Shown piece by piece: positions 30,244-40,514 of a stretch of DNA of 64,000 nt. The notes below the pieces were generated by a model. It worked only from the letters and a program-made list of their open reading frames with translations, made no database searches and was not told the DNA's origin. The stretch lies in NCBI GenBank assembly GCA_963817895.1, contig CAWFQB010000010.1, positions 1 through 64,000 of the forward strand, written 5' to 3'. The position numbers were made by a program, and so were the translations under genes. Each line of letters starts with the position of its first letter. The first letter of the stretch is position 1. Origin of the DNA: an uncultured Chthonomonadaceae bacterium. GTDB taxonomy: Bacteria > Armatimonadota > Chthonomonadetes > Chthonomonadales > Chthonomonadaceae.

Positions 30244-32301
30244 TCACAAGGCTAAAAACAGCCCACCCAGCAAATCTTCCGCTTCCGATTCCAATTTCAG
30301 GTCGGTGGGCGGGGCTTCCTGTGCTTCCTGCGGAACTTCGCGGGCAGCAGGGGAGGCGACTTGAACGCCGGACAGGAAGCGGGAGGGCGCGACAATGGCG
30401 TCGTTCCAACTGTCCAGTGAGGATACGAGAAACTGATCGCGCGCCCGCGTGGCGATGACATACGCGATACGTCTCTCCTCGCTGATGTCTTCGGCCTTGC
30501 GATGCGGCAAAATCTCTTCCGACCAGCCGACGCCGAACACGTACCGCCATTCCAACCCTTTGGCGCTATGTCCGGTTGCCAGCGTCACCTCATCCTCGTT
30601 GCGGCGTTTCTTTTTGCGCTCGGCCTTGCGCCGTTCGCCTTCTGCCCGCACTTTTTCTACGGCTGCCAGGTACTCGTTAATGGTGGCATAGTGGGCGGCT
30701 GCCGCCTGCATCCGCTGCACGTTCTGAATACGGTCGTTGTCGCGGTCGTTCTGCTCGTCACGGCGCAGCCAGTCGTCGAAATACGTGATGGCCCGAATGA
30801 TGCGAATAGCTTCCCCGGCATCGGGAATGTTCTTGATCTTCTCGTCAATGCGCTGCAATTCCGCGACAAGCAGTTTTAATCCCTTGTGCGTTTTCAGGTC
30901 GTCGGCATGAAAGCCCGGCAGAATGTCCCAGATACGCTTACCCCGCACTTCTGCTGCCGTCCGCAACTGCGCCCCCGTTCCCCGGCTAATCTTGCGGGAT
31001 GGCACGTTAAGCAGGGCGAGAAGCCATTCATCAGGATAGGGAGTAGGGGGTAGGGAGTGGGGAGTAGGAGATGCGGATTGTCTCGTTCTTTGATTTTGAA
31101 GGAGAGGTTTAACGGGATTTTCCCCTGCTCCCCACTCCCTGCCCCCTACTCCCTGAAAGAAGTTCAGATACGCCAGCAATCCCTGAACCTCCTTGCGGGC
31201 GTAAAAGTCGCCGTCGTCGCGAAGGGCGTAAGGGATTTCGAGTCCGGCGAAATGGCGTTCAAAGGCTTCGCTCTGCGCGTTGGTACGGTATAGCACGGCG
31301 ATGTCGCGCCACTGAACGCCGCGCTGATGCAGATGCAATATCTGTTCGCCAATATCCAGCGCCTCTAAATCGGGATCGGGATAGCGTTCCCAGGTGACGG
31401 GTTCGCCCTCGTCACGGGTAGGCACGAAGGTCAGGGCGCGGCGGTTCTCGTCCTGTCGTATCAGGCTGTCGGCAAAGGCGAGGATGCTGCGGGTACAGCG
31501 GTAGTTTTCGCGCAGTTCATAGACGCGGGTACGCGCATTGGCGGCGAAATGCTGGAATGTGGTCGTGTCCGCGCCACGAAAGCCGTACAGGGATTGGTCG
31601 AGGTCGCCGACAAGCATCAGGTTCTTGTGATCCTGAGCCAGCGCGAACGCGACGACGTACTGCGGCTGATTCATGTCCTGGCACTCGTCCACGATGATAT
31701 GGGAAAAGCGGCCCGCCAGCAGTCGGCGCGTATCCTCCTGCTTTGCCAGCAACGCGCCCGCGTCCAGAATCAGATCGTCGAACTCGCGAAAGCCTTTTTT
31801 CGGTTTTTCCTTCTCATACGCCCGCCAGCAGCGCGCGAAATCCATGTCCTCGCTGCTGCCGTCGTGCTTGTAGGCGTCTGCGGTCATGCCCGTGTTTTTT
31901 TGAAACGACATGCGGGTGAGAAAGCCCGCCACGCCGCCGTCCAACTCCCCGGCAAGCGCGGTTTCGGCCAATCCCCGACGCTGCTGCTCGTCGGTCAGCA
32001 GGGCGAATTTGGTTCCGGTCGCTTTCAGGGTTTGCAGGCAAAGCGCGTGCATGGTGGAAATCTGCGTTCGCGCCAGTTGCTCTTTGGAAAGCAGTTGGGC
32101 AAGACGGGCGCGCATCTCTTCCGTCGCGTCGTTGGTAAATGTGGTGACAAGCAGGCGCTTGCCCTGACTTGCCAGTCGCGCCGCCCGTAGGGTGACCACG
32201 CGCGTTTTGCCGCTGCCCGGTCCCGCGTAAACGGCAGCAGGGCCGTCGTCATGCAGGACGGCGGCCTTCTGGCTGTCACTCAAATGCTCCAAACTGGTCA
32301 A
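30244..32301 (-). CDS. UvrD/PcrA/Rep family helicase
   Basis: AGPGSGKT, VDECQD, VGDLDQSLYGFRGA, ENYRC, HSAKGLEW, EERRIAYVIATRA. Confidence 0.95.
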   Translation of the reverse strand: MTSLEHLSDSQKAAVLHDDGPAAVYAGPGSGKTRVVTLRAARLASQGKRLLVTTFTNDATEEMRARLAQLLSKEQLARTQISTMHALCLQTLKATGTKFALLTDEQQRRGLAETALAGELDGGVAGFLTRMSFQKNTGMTADAYKHDGSSEDMDFARCWRAYEKEKPKKGFREFDDLILDAGALLAKQEDTRRLLAGRFSHIIVDECQDMNQPQYVVAFALAQDHKNLMLVGDLDQSLYGFRGADTTTFQHFAANARTRVYELRENYRCTRSILAFADSLIRQDENRRALTFVPTRDEGEPVTWERYPDPDLEALDIGEQILHLHQRGVQWRDIAVLYRTNAQSEAFERHFAGLEIPYALRDDGDFYARKEVQGLLAYLNFFQGVGGREWGAGENPVKPLLQNQRTRQSASPTPHSLPPTPYPDEWLLALLNVPSRKISRGTGAQLRTAAEVRGKRIWDILPGFHADDLKTHKGLKLLVAELQRIDEKIKNIPDAGEAIRIIRAITYFDDWLRRDEQNDRDNDRIQNVQRMQAAAAHYATINEYLAAVEKVRAEGERRKAERKKKRRNEDEVTLATGHSAKGLEWRYVFGVGWSEEILPHRKAEDISEERRIAYVIATRARDQFLVSSLDSWNDAIVAPSRFLSGVQVASPAAREVPQEAQEAPPTDLKLESEAEDLLGGLFLAL
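31038..31154. repeat. In-frame heptamer repeat hairpin inside the helicase gene
   Basis: 31-bp arms, 29/31 complementary; encodes GVGGREWGAG...PTPHSLPPTP. Confidence 0.85.
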
Positions 32302-32310
32302 GGCGATTTC

Positions 32311-34305
32311 CTATTTGCTGGCGGTTGGCTTCCCCGTGTCCTTTTTGTCGGGGGCGGGTTTGTCTTCCGCTTTTTTGGGCGCGTCAGAGGGAGTCGTTTG
32401 GGGCTTCTCTGCCGGGTTGGCGGGCGCGTCGGGGATTGCGCCGCCGCTCGGTGTCGCGCCGCCCGGTATCGCGCCGGGAGTGGGCTTCTTATCCACGCCG
32501 GTCTTTTTGTCTTGTCCGGCGTTTGCGGGATTGTCGTCTTCGGGAGTTTCTTTCACATGGGAAATCACCTTGCCGTGCGCGCCGGTTATTGACTCCTCAC
32601 CTGATTTGGTGGTGATAATCACTTTTTTATCGTTGGAATAGAACTGGGTCTCATCGCTGTCATGTCCAAGCACGGGGGGGAACAGGGTCAGCACCTCGTT
32701 CTTGTCGTCGTATTCGGCGTGTTCCGCCGTGCCGGTGCGATCCAGCGGCTCCTGCCCCGCGCGCAGAATATGCTGCTTGAATACCAGATGGCCGCGCAGG
32801 ACGGTGAACTTCTTCTTGTAGTAGCTGTCTACCTGATCGCACGTCACGACCGCGCCCTGATTTTTTCCGGCGGAAATGTCGTTGGGATTGTCCCCTGCGG
32901 CGGGTGTTTGCGGCTTCAGCGTGAGAACCACGTCGCCCGTGAGGACAGCCAGCGCCTTCGTCTCTTCCACATGCGCCTTCTGGCAGATTCCGTGATGCTC
33001 CGGGTCGTCCATAACCATGTGGCCGTCCGCATCCAAAACGCCGTTCTTCTTATCATAGCGGCCGTTGTCACCCGTAATCACGCGACTGCCTCTTGTATAC
33101 GTGAAATGGTGGGCCGTTGTCGTCTGGCTTTTGTTGACGCTCTTGAAATCTTCCCCTTCGAATTCGGACAGGTCATTGCCACCCTGCGCGGTGGCTGTGG
33201 CGTTGGCGGACGGGGTTTTCGCGCCGGGGGGTGTCTGCCCGTTCGATACCAGTCCCGTTGTCATTACTAAACCGAGACTGCCTGCGACGAGTTTGGAAGC
33301 ATTTTTTCCATTGAGTTGCATGCGGAACCTCTTTCCCTGATAGACCTGCTGAGTGGCGTCAATGAGAATGTCCGAGGCGGTATACGCGCAGCCCTGCCAC
33401 ACGCCGGAAACCTGATCGGGCGAGCGTAGCGCGTTGTCTTTCAAAGCCCAGTAAAAATGTTCGCCCTGTACGCTGTCCTGCTGCAATTGCGCGTGGACGC
33501 CGCCAAGACACTCGACGGTCTGATTCTTTTCGTCGTAGCGGGCCTGATTCGCCTGCACGGTCGCGCCTTTGGCCTTGATTTCGCCGCCCTGATTGCACAG
33601 CATGTGCCGCTCGGCCTTGCCTGTCTTGCGGTTGTACAGTTCCAGTATCAGGATGGCGGGCGCGTGGAACTGATGCCCCTCCCGCGTCCTTATTTTTACA
33701 TCGCCCGTTAGCTGAAACTGCCACTGTACGGAATATGTGAACTGCATTTCCGTCGGAAGCCCCTCCGCGCTCCCCACCAGATAACGCCCATGCTGCGCCG
33801 AAAACGTTGCGGCAGGAAGTCCGGGGTCGCTGTCGCTGCCCGACTGGCTGGTGGCTGGTGGCTGGTGGTTGGTGGTTGGTTGGGATAATACGGACGGCTG
33901 AACACGGAGTGATGAATGGGAATTGACTTCATCCTTCATCCTTCCGCCTTCATCCTTTGTTTTCCCTAACGGGCTGGAAAACAGTTTGCCGTCTCGAATA
34001 TCGTCAATGGTGGCGGCTTGCAGGCTGTTGGGGACGCCGCCGTTTTGCCGTTCGATGGCGATGCGCCTGGCCCACAGGGACCAGTTCTTTTTGCCTTCGG
34101 CGTAGTTCTCGAAAGTGGCCTCTTCCAGTTCCAGACTGACGTTGCTGACGGCGGACGGCGACAGGACCGCCGCAATACTGGAGGAGGAGGGTTCGGCCCA
34201 ACGGTACACCCGATAGATGCCGAACAAAACCGCCGTTCCGGCCAGCCATGCCACCGCCTGCCGCCGCAAACGCGCCACACGCAAATTTTGGTTGGACATT
34301 CCCAT
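32311..34305 (-). CDS. LptC/LptA (OstA)-like beta-jellyroll protein
   Basis: N-terminal TM; repeated A..A.YD....V.L.G.V strands; low-complexity tail. Confidence 0.65.
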   Translation of the reverse strand: MGMSNQNLRVARLRRQAVAWLAGTAVLFGIYRVYRWAEPSSSSIAAVLSPSAVSNVSLELEEATFENYAEGKKNWSLWARRIAIERQNGGVPNSLQAATIDDIRDGKLFSSPLGKTKDEGGRMKDEVNSHSSLRVQPSVLSQPTTNHQPPATSQSGSDSDPGLPAATFSAQHGRYLVGSAEGLPTEMQFTYSVQWQFQLTGDVKIRTREGHQFHAPAILILELYNRKTGKAERHMLCNQGGEIKAKGATVQANQARYDEKNQTVECLGGVHAQLQQDSVQGEHFYWALKDNALRSPDQVSGVWQGCAYTASDILIDATQQVYQGKRFRMQLNGKNASKLVAGSLGLVMTTGLVSNGQTPPGAKTPSANATATAQGGNDLSEFEGEDFKSVNKSQTTTAHHFTYTRGSRVITGDNGRYDKKNGVLDADGHMVMDDPEHHGICQKAHVEETKALAVLTGDVVLTLKPQTPAAGDNPNDISAGKNQGAVVTCDQVDSYYKKKFTVLRGHLVFKQHILRAGQEPLDRTGTAEHAEYDDKNEVLTLFPPVLGHDSDETQFYSNDKKVIITTKSGEESITGAHGKVISHVKETPEDDNPANAGQDKKTGVDKKPTPGAIPGGATPSGGAIPDAPANPAEKPQTTPSDAPKKAEDKPAPDKKDTGKPTASK

Positions 34306-34383
34306 AGTTTGAAGTGTACCACGTTCGCGCCAAACTGACAAGGGAAAGGTATTCTTCCTCTGATAGCCAATTTCGGTTCGCCG

Positions 34384-35526
34384 CTAACGCTGTACCGGCT
34401 GCATCAATGTCCAGTCCTGGTTTGCGCCGATGGAAGGGTTGAAGAACGGGTCGTCGGAGTGTTGGTAGTTGCCCTGCCCGTCCGTCCAATGGTACAGGTA
34501 GTTCGCGTCCTGCTGCGACTGGCCCCAATAGGGATCGTACACCGTTTCCACGCCGCGCATCATGTCGCTGAAGTCGTCGTTCGTTGTTCGTCCCGAAGCG
34601 TTGGCTTCCACTTGACGGCGCTCGGCGCTGGTGATGCGCGCCGCGCGCCGCTGATGCTCGAAACCGGCCAGCATCGCGTCGTTGTTGGCGCTGATGGCAT
34701 GACTGAGTTGCCCTGCCGCCTGAATCTGCGAGTAGCCTAACTGCGTGTAATACTCAAATACCTCCTGTAACTGCCCCATGATCTGCTTCAGCAGTTGCTC
34801 CCACACGGGATTACGCCGCAGGGAGGTGGCGATCTGCCAGAACAGCAGTCGGTTCGCGTCCAGTTGGCCTTTTTCCGCCCGAAAGCCGAACAGGACAGGA
34901 AAGCCCCAGTTCGTCTGTACCATCATGCCCTGCGGTCCATAAAAAGGCACTTGCAGCAGCGACCGGACGCCATATATCTCCTCCTCCACCGGTTTGCCGT
35001 TCAGGACGTACTCCAGCGTGATACAGCCCTCTTCTCCCTGCGTACTCTGCGCGGACGGGCCAAACCGGGACAGGAAGGACACATTGCCCCGGCGCGTCAC
35101 GCGCAGACCGGGCAGCCCCTTCCGAAACTTCGGCACAACCCACGTTGTCAGCGCGTCCACGCACGACATCGGCGGCATGAACGCCTGTCCCATCACGTTT
35201 TGTCCCTGCTGATACCATCCCCTGGCTTCGGGCATCCAGAAGAACATTTCGTTGGGCAGGAACTCTACGCCCTCCGCGCCCTGTGGATTGTAGAGTTGGG
35301 CATAGGCTTTTACAGGCAGGCTCATGTCCTGGTAGTTCCACATCACATCGCTGCTCGCCTGCCAGGTGGGTGGATGTCTCATGACGCAGGCGACCACGTT
35401 GCCATGCTGCCGATCACGCATCTGATACAGCGCCAATCGTTGTAGCAGGGCATCGGACGCCTGCGCGGTTGACGGTTCTGTCGCATTTTTAATCGTCAGC
35501 GAGTTCATAAAGGCGTAAGGGTCCAT
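34384..35526 (-). CDS. Hypothetical protein
   Basis: Long ORF with GGAG RBS; Gln-rich helix and FSDMMRGVETVYDP C-terminal region. Confidence 0.75.
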   Translation of the reverse strand: MDPYAFMNSLTIKNATEPSTAQASDALLQRLALYQMRDRQHGNVVACVMRHPPTWQASSDVMWNYQDMSLPVKAYAQLYNPQGAEGVEFLPNEMFFWMPEARGWYQQGQNVMGQAFMPPMSCVDALTTWVVPKFRKGLPGLRVTRRGNVSFLSRFGPSAQSTQGEEGCITLEYVLNGKPVEEEIYGVRSLLQVPFYGPQGMMVQTNWGFPVLFGFRAEKGQLDANRLLFWQIATSLRRNPVWEQLLKQIMGQLQEVFEYYTQLGYSQIQAAGQLSHAISANNDAMLAGFEHQRRAARITSAERRQVEANASGRTTNDDFSDMMRGVETVYDPYWGQSQQDANYLYHWTDGQGNYQHSDDPFFNPSIGANQDWTLMQPVQR

Positions 35527-36148
35527 AAGAAATCTCCGTATTCCTGGGATGACAGAACTGGACTTTACCACAGCGCGTATTTACGCGCCCCTCTTCGATG
35601 GGGGCTTCAACGGCTTTATCTCTCGTCACTTGCATCGCCGCTTCTAATATTTCCAGCTCATTGAGCAAATACAAGACGGCATCTCGGCATCGGCTGATAT
35701 CGCAGGTCAGATCGTGGCCGGGATAATTTTGCCAGTGCAGCGCCGTTGTCAGATAGCCGACTAAAGGGATATGTTCGGCAGCATCGCGGAACATGGCGCG
35801 TTGCTCAGAGGTTGTTTTCACATACACGCCAGAGGCTTGCGCGGCATTGTTTTGTTTATGCCACTCTATGATCGTTGCAAGGGTGGTTTCGCGCGGTAAT
35901 GGGGATGACAGGGGAGCAGCAGCCTGGATTTCAGCGCGCGCCATCCGTTCTGCCTCCTGTTCTGCTTCAAACTCCAACTCCTGCAAACACTCCGGGCAAA
36001 CGTCTTCATCGGGTAACTTGGCGGTGATGTCGTAGCCGTTGGCGGTTTCCGCTTGGGTGTGCCATTGTCCGCAAATGGCGTCAGGTGGAGAGTATAGCGA
36101 CGGGACATGCCAAAGGTGGGAACCTGCGCGTAATTTAATCCACATCAT
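35489..36148 (-). CDS. Hypothetical protein with N-terminal H/C zinc-finger-like motif
   Basis: LWH...AICG...VCPEC; 3' end overlaps the next gene, so may be frameshifted. Confidence 0.6.
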   Translation of the reverse strand: MMWIKLRAGSHLWHVPSLYSPPDAICGQWHTQAETANGYDITAKLPDEDVCPECLQELEFEAEQEAERMARAEIQAAAPLSSPLPRETTLATIIEWHKQNNAAQASGVYVKTTSEQRAMFRDAAEHIPLVGYLTTALHWQNYPGHDLTCDISRCRDAVLYLLNELEILEAAMQVTRDKAVEAPIEEGRVNTRCGKVQFCHPRNTEISYGPLRLYELADD

Positions 36149-36228
36149 GCGCTAACCTGCTGCCCTTTCGTTGTCTTGCCTCGCGCTATCCGCAACGGTT
36201 CCCATCATTTCCATCTGTTTTCACCCGA

Positions 36229-36300
36229 TAGAACTCTTTCATAAGCCTTTGCAAGCGCGGCAAGCCTTATCTCATTCGATAGACTTATGAAAGAGCTTTA
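36229..36300. repeat. 72-bp inverted-repeat element (MITE-like relic)
   Basis: TAGAACTCTTTCATAAGCCT vs reverse complement TAAAGCTCTTTCATAAGTCT (17/20). Confidence 0.55.
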
Positions 36301-36325
36301 ATGCGCTGTTGCAGGCCGCTGGATT

Positions 36326-37072
36326 TTATTGCCGGATATAGGCGTCGCAGTCTTCTGCTGCCGCTTCGGCGACCTTGCGGCGATGGGCAGTCACTTCGTT
36401 CCTGGCTCCGACCACGTCTATCTCGCCCAGCGCGGTGGCGGCATCTTGCAAGCGCTTGCGGATTACGGCGTCGCTGAGCGACCAGGAGTGCCACATTGCC
36501 ATCATCGTCGGAAGCGCTTTGCCATAAGTGTCTTTGCTCGCGCAAACTATCGAGTAGAACAACATCCCCTGTGTCGCGTCAATCGGCAGGAGGGTGTACA
36601 GGCCGAAGGCTTCTGACGGGACACCGTTGAGCGTCACGGAATAGCGTATGAACGCGGCCTTCCCTTTTTCCACCGGGACATACTCGACCGCTTTGATCTT
36701 GATATTGCGGAGCGAACCGGGCGTTTTGCGATTGATAGCGAGCATCATGTCAATGGCGGCATGGGCGGGATCGGTCAAGTCCACGCGCAGGCTGCCGGGA
36801 AACAGAGCGGCGTTGGGAATGCTGGGAAATTGGGCCGCGACATTGCGGGAGACTACCGGGAGCGGAATGCCCAGCGAGATCGCGCCCTTCGCGCCTTTGG
36901 CAGCGACGGCTCCATTACCGGCGTTGAGGATTTTCCAGCCGGAGGCAAGGCCGATAGTACCGCTGCCATCCGGGAACTGGTAGCGAGAGAGGGTTTGGGT
37001 TCTGCCGCATAGAGGAGCTGCGAACAGCAAGGCAAGCGCTAGCAGGAGCGCGTGTGCGCAAGAACGGTTCAT
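36326..37072 (-). CDS. Secreted hypothetical protein
   Basis: AAGGA RBS; MNRSCAHALLLALALLFAAP signal peptide. Confidence 0.75.
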   Translation of the reverse strand: MNRSCAHALLLALALLFAAPLCGRTQTLSRYQFPDGSGTIGLASGWKILNAGNGAVAAKGAKGAISLGIPLPVVSRNVAAQFPSIPNAALFPGSLRVDLTDPAHAAIDMMLAINRKTPGSLRNIKIKAVEYVPVEKGKAAFIRYSVTLNGVPSEAFGLYTLLPIDATQGMLFYSIVCASKDTYGKALPTMMAMWHSWSLSDAVIRKRLQDAATALGEIDVVGARNEVTAHRRKVAEAAAEDCDAYIRQ

Positions 37073-37230
37073 TTCTGTCTTCCTTTCGGGTCCGTCCTCA
37101 TAGACATAAAGGACGAAGGTATACAGAGAATAACAGAGCGGCATTAGCCAGCCATTAGCGATTGACAGGGAATCAATGTAAGCCGTAGGATTTTCAGAAC
37201 ACTCCCTGCTCCGGGTAAGCGCCGAAACCA

Positions 37231-37274
37231 ATTCGCCCCTGCGCAAACCCTAAAGGTTTGCGCAAGGGCGGAAT
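37231..37274. terminator. Strong hairpin downstream of the lipoprotein gene
   Basis: attcgcccctgcgcaaacc-ctaaa-ggtttgcgcaagggcggaat. Confidence 0.55.
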
Positions 37275-37293
37275 AGTAAGGCGGACGCGCGAA

Positions 37294-37809
37294 TTATTTC
37301 GGGCAGCCTACGCCGGTATAAGGGGGCGGGGGCGGATTGGTTCCGCTGGGGAATAGCTGGATGGTTCCGGCAGAGGACGTGCCTTTGGAACTGGCCTGCG
37401 TGGTCACGCTGAGAGGACAGGTGCTGAAATCGTTGTAGATGTTGGAATGATACAAAACCACGTTGTAGTACACGGTGGGATCGGGCGAGGTCACAATCAG
37501 ACCGACAGTTCCCACCGGGGCATTGATGATGGAGAACTTGCCGTCCGCGCCTGTTTTGGCGGAAAGGCTCGTGCCGGCAACGGAAACCGTCGCGCCCACG
37601 ACGGGCGCTGCCGATGTGGTGGTATCTACGACGACGCCGGTAATAGCCGCTTTGGTCGGATCGCCTGTGGTGGTCTGCGGGGGTTTCGGGGTGGGACTGC
37701 CGCCGCCACCGCCACCGCAGCCGGAGATCGAGAGAGAACCCATCAGCGCGAATAGCAGCGCGAACGAGAGTCGGACGTGGGGAAGGTTCCACAACACGCT
37801 TTTCCTCAT
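37294..37809 (-). CDS. Lipoprotein with carboxypeptidase-regulatory-like domain
   Basis: ISGC lipobox followed by GGGGGG; ITGVVVD...PVVGATVSV...TGADGKFSI. Confidence 0.8.
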   Translation of the reverse strand: MRKSVLWNLPHVRLSFALLFALMGSLSISGCGGGGGGSPTPKPPQTTTGDPTKAAITGVVVDTTTSAAPVVGATVSVAGTSLSAKTGADGKFSIINAPVGTVGLIVTSPDPTVYYNVVLYHSNIYNDFSTCPLSVTTQASSKGTSSAGTIQLFPSGTNPPPPPYTGVGCPK

Positions 37810-38193
37810 AATAGTTTCCTGCCTTCTGGAGCGCGTCGAACACGCCGAACGTGTCGAGCGCGGAGAGTTCCTGCCTGCCGTTCCTGCGCGTAAAAAGCCG
37901 CCGAAATCGGGCGCAATCAGGAGAAAAATGTCATGGCAAAAATTGCCTGCTTAAAATACTCGTTCGCCGGAGGGGGAGCGGAACGCAATTCGGGGGTATC
38001 TGCGCTATTATATCAACTATTAGACGGTTCGCGCAAGTCTTTTGGCGCACTTTCTTACCGGGAGAGGCGAAGAAAATGATAAAATTAATTCAAATCGTTC
38101 GTAAACCGTCTAAATGCGCCTCTATGGACGGGAGAACGCCCGATTTCCGGCAACTCCATGCGCTCCGGCGCACATGACATAACAGCCCAACCG

Positions 38194-38814
38194 ATGAAAA
38201 TAGAAACGCGAACTTTTAATTTGCAGACAGCCGAGGCCCGCGATGCGCTGTTCGATCAACTGTGCGTGGAAGCGCAGGCGTGTACGCGCTGCCCACGACT
38301 GGCTGAACGTATTGCCGTGTTGAGCCGCGAAAACGGAACCCGAACTCCAAAAGTCGTGTTTGTCGCGGAAGCGCCCGGACGGAAGGGCGGCGACCGAACC
38401 CGCGTTCCCATGCAGGGCGATGCGTCCGGCAGGCATTTCAACTGGCTGCTGGAACAGGCCGGACTGGAACGCGAACACGTATTCATCACCAACGCCGCGC
38501 TGTGCAATCCGCGCAAACTCAGCGGCGCGAATGACAGGCCGACTGCCCGTGAAATCGCCAACTGCGGCCAATTTCTGCGCCGCCAACTGGATTTACTTCA
38601 GCCGCCGCTTGTGGTCAGCGTGGGCGCGACGGCCCTCCGCGCCCTGCACCTGCTGGAACCGCACGGCCTGACACTGGCTTCGGGCGTAGGACGCTGCATT
38701 GACTGGCGCGGCACACGCTTGATTCCCGTTTATCACCCCAGCCCGCAAGTCGTGATTTCCACCCGCCCCCTGCGCGGCAGGCAGAGGATTGGCAGGAAAT
38801 TAGGAAGGAGGTAG
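38194..38814 (+). CDS. Uracil-DNA glycosylase (family 4/5, Fe-S type)
   Basis: CTRCPRL, VAEAPG, ITNAALCNP, YHPS. Confidence 0.9.
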   Translation: MKIETRTFNLQTAEARDALFDQLCVEAQACTRCPRLAERIAVLSRENGTRTPKVVFVAEAPGRKGGDRTRVPMQGDASGRHFNWLLEQAGLEREHVFITNAALCNPRKLSGANDRPTAREIANCGQFLRRQLDLLQPPLVVSVGATALRALHLLEPHGLTLASGVGRCIDWRGTRLIPVYHPSPQVVISTRPLRGRQRIGRKLGRR

Positions 38815-38907
38815 ATACGAGATAGGAGATACGAGATACGAGTACAATGCAGTCTCCACTTGTATCTCGTATCTCCTATCTCGTATCTTACTCCCCACTC
38901 CCTACTG
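38812..38907. repeat. Heptamer repeat hairpin (AGATACG/CGTATCT) between convergent genes
   Basis: agatacgagataggagatacgagatacgag ... tatctcgtatctcctatctcgtatct, then ctccccactccctac. Confidence 0.8.
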
Positions 38908-39901
38908 CCTTTCTCACTATTTCCGCTTCCACGCCCGCTTCGGACAGTTTGGCTTTGGCTTTTTCCGCGTTGGAACGGTTGCGGTATACGCCCTGCTGAA
39001 CGCGGTACACGGTTGTGCCGTCTTCGCTGGTAACGGGTACAACGGTCGCGTCTAATCCCACATCCGTAATGCGGCGGGCTTCGCGCTCGGCGGCTTCGCG
39101 GCGCGAGTACGCGCTGCCGCGCACACTGTAGCGGACGCGCTTCACGGGTTTGGGAGTTTTGGCGGTTTCATCCCCCGCGCTGTCCGCGTGTTCCGCGCGA
39201 GAGGCCGTTGAAGCCGCCTCGTCGCGCCGCGCCGGTTTGTCGGAAGTATCGCCCGATGTGTCGCGATCAATACGGGACGGCTTCTGGTCATCCTGACTGA
39301 AGCCGCCATTATCCGACTTGTCGCTCGAAGCGGAGGGGGTATCGGACGCGCCGGCGCGCGTGTGCCGTCTTGCGCGCGGCGTTGTGGCGGACCCGCCCCC
39401 GGTTTCCGAAGTCGCTCCCCCTGTGGATTTTGTACCCGCAGCCGGGATTGCGCCGGTTGCCGGGGTTGTGTCTGTTGTTGTGGCAGACGTGTCGGCTTCC
39501 GCCGCGCTTTTGGCGGTTTCGGACGTGTCGGATTTGGGCGTATGCTCAAGACTGCCGGGTTTCTGCGTGGCAGAATCCGTGTCCGGTAACAGGATCGGCT
39601 CTTTGTTGTCCCGTTTGGGCGTTGCGGCAGAAGCGGAAGCGACGGCATCACTGCGACCGGGTTCGGGTGTGGGTTCGGGCGTTTGCGCCGGACGGGCGGG
39701 GGCGTTGTGGGTGGTGGCAGCGGCGGCAGGGGCAATCCCGCTCTCATCATGCTTGTCGGGAACCATGCGCGACAGGACAAAGAAGCCCAGAAAGAAACTT
39801 AGCCCGCCCAATCCCAACACCACGCCGATATTACGCGCGGCCTCGGTTCCCGCGTTGCGGGCATTGTTGGTGGAATAATTGCTGCGCTTGCTTGCGGCCA
39901 T
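38888..39901 (-). CDS. SPOR-domain protein
   Basis: TM, low-complexity linker, YRVQQGVYRNRSNAEK. Confidence 0.85.
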   Translation of the reverse strand: MAASKRSNYSTNNARNAGTEAARNIGVVLGLGGLSFFLGFFVLSRMVPDKHDESGIAPAAAATTHNAPARPAQTPEPTPEPGRSDAVASASAATPKRDNKEPILLPDTDSATQKPGSLEHTPKSDTSETAKSAAEADTSATTTDTTPATGAIPAAGTKSTGGATSETGGGSATTPRARRHTRAGASDTPSASSDKSDNGGFSQDDQKPSRIDRDTSGDTSDKPARRDEAASTASRAEHADSAGDETAKTPKPVKRVRYSVRGSAYSRREAAEREARRITDVGLDATVVPVTSEDGTTVYRVQQGVYRNRSNAEKAKAKLSEAGVEAEIVRKAVGSGE

Positions 39902-40198
39902 AAAACTAACCTCGTATTTCCAAACGCCTGTCAAGCCATCGGAACAATTTATGGATGGCTGCGGCGGGGTTGCGCTGACGAATACAGATCAAACAGGAGA
40001 TGAAACAAAACAAGCAAAAGAGATCATTTGCAGGAACTTTTGTTGATGATTAGTGTACCCGGAAAAACGGGGAATTAGTCAAGCGATTTTTGCGGTTCCT
40101 TCAAACAGCCAAAAGCGCGTAATCCTGCTCTTGTTGAAGAGAGAATTACGCGCTGTTGAGAATTGTTGACTTGCGAACAGACTTAATTGTGAATCGAA

Positions 40199-40269
40199 CT
40201 CCCCGTGATAGATTCGAACTACCCCTACCTCGTCCAGAGCGAGGCGTTCTGCCGCTAAACTAACGGGGA
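40199..40269 (-). tRNA. tRNA-Gln (CTG)
   Basis: TCCCCGT acceptor stem, CCTCG-CTCTGGA-CGAGG anticodon arm, GGTAG-TTCGAAT-CTATC T arm; no encoded CCA. Confidence 0.93.
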
Positions 40270-40330
40270 ACAAACCAGATTCAATTGATTACCGCGAAAA
40301 CGTGTTGATTTGCGCTTGTATCCGCCAAAC

Positions 40331-40359
40331 AGTATACGGCAGACGGGGCGATTTGTCAA
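40331..40359 (-). promoter_or_regulatory. Sigma70-type promoter of tRNA-Gln
   Basis: TTGACA-17 nt-TATACT on the minus strand. Confidence 0.8.
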
Positions 40360-40514
40360 GGCGCGATTAGAATCGGTGTTGGGTATTCGGGCGCAATCGT
40401 CTGCTATGTTACAGGCAAATGCTGCACAAACAATTTTTCGCAAGCGTTTGTTCATTCGGGTACACTTCTCACCAACATTCTTAGCCAACAAGTCAGCCCT
40501 CATCGGAGAGACAC

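Noticed and set aside
40199..40269. tRNA-Gln as an island attachment site
   Set aside because: No duplicate of its 3' end and no integrase noticed in the window
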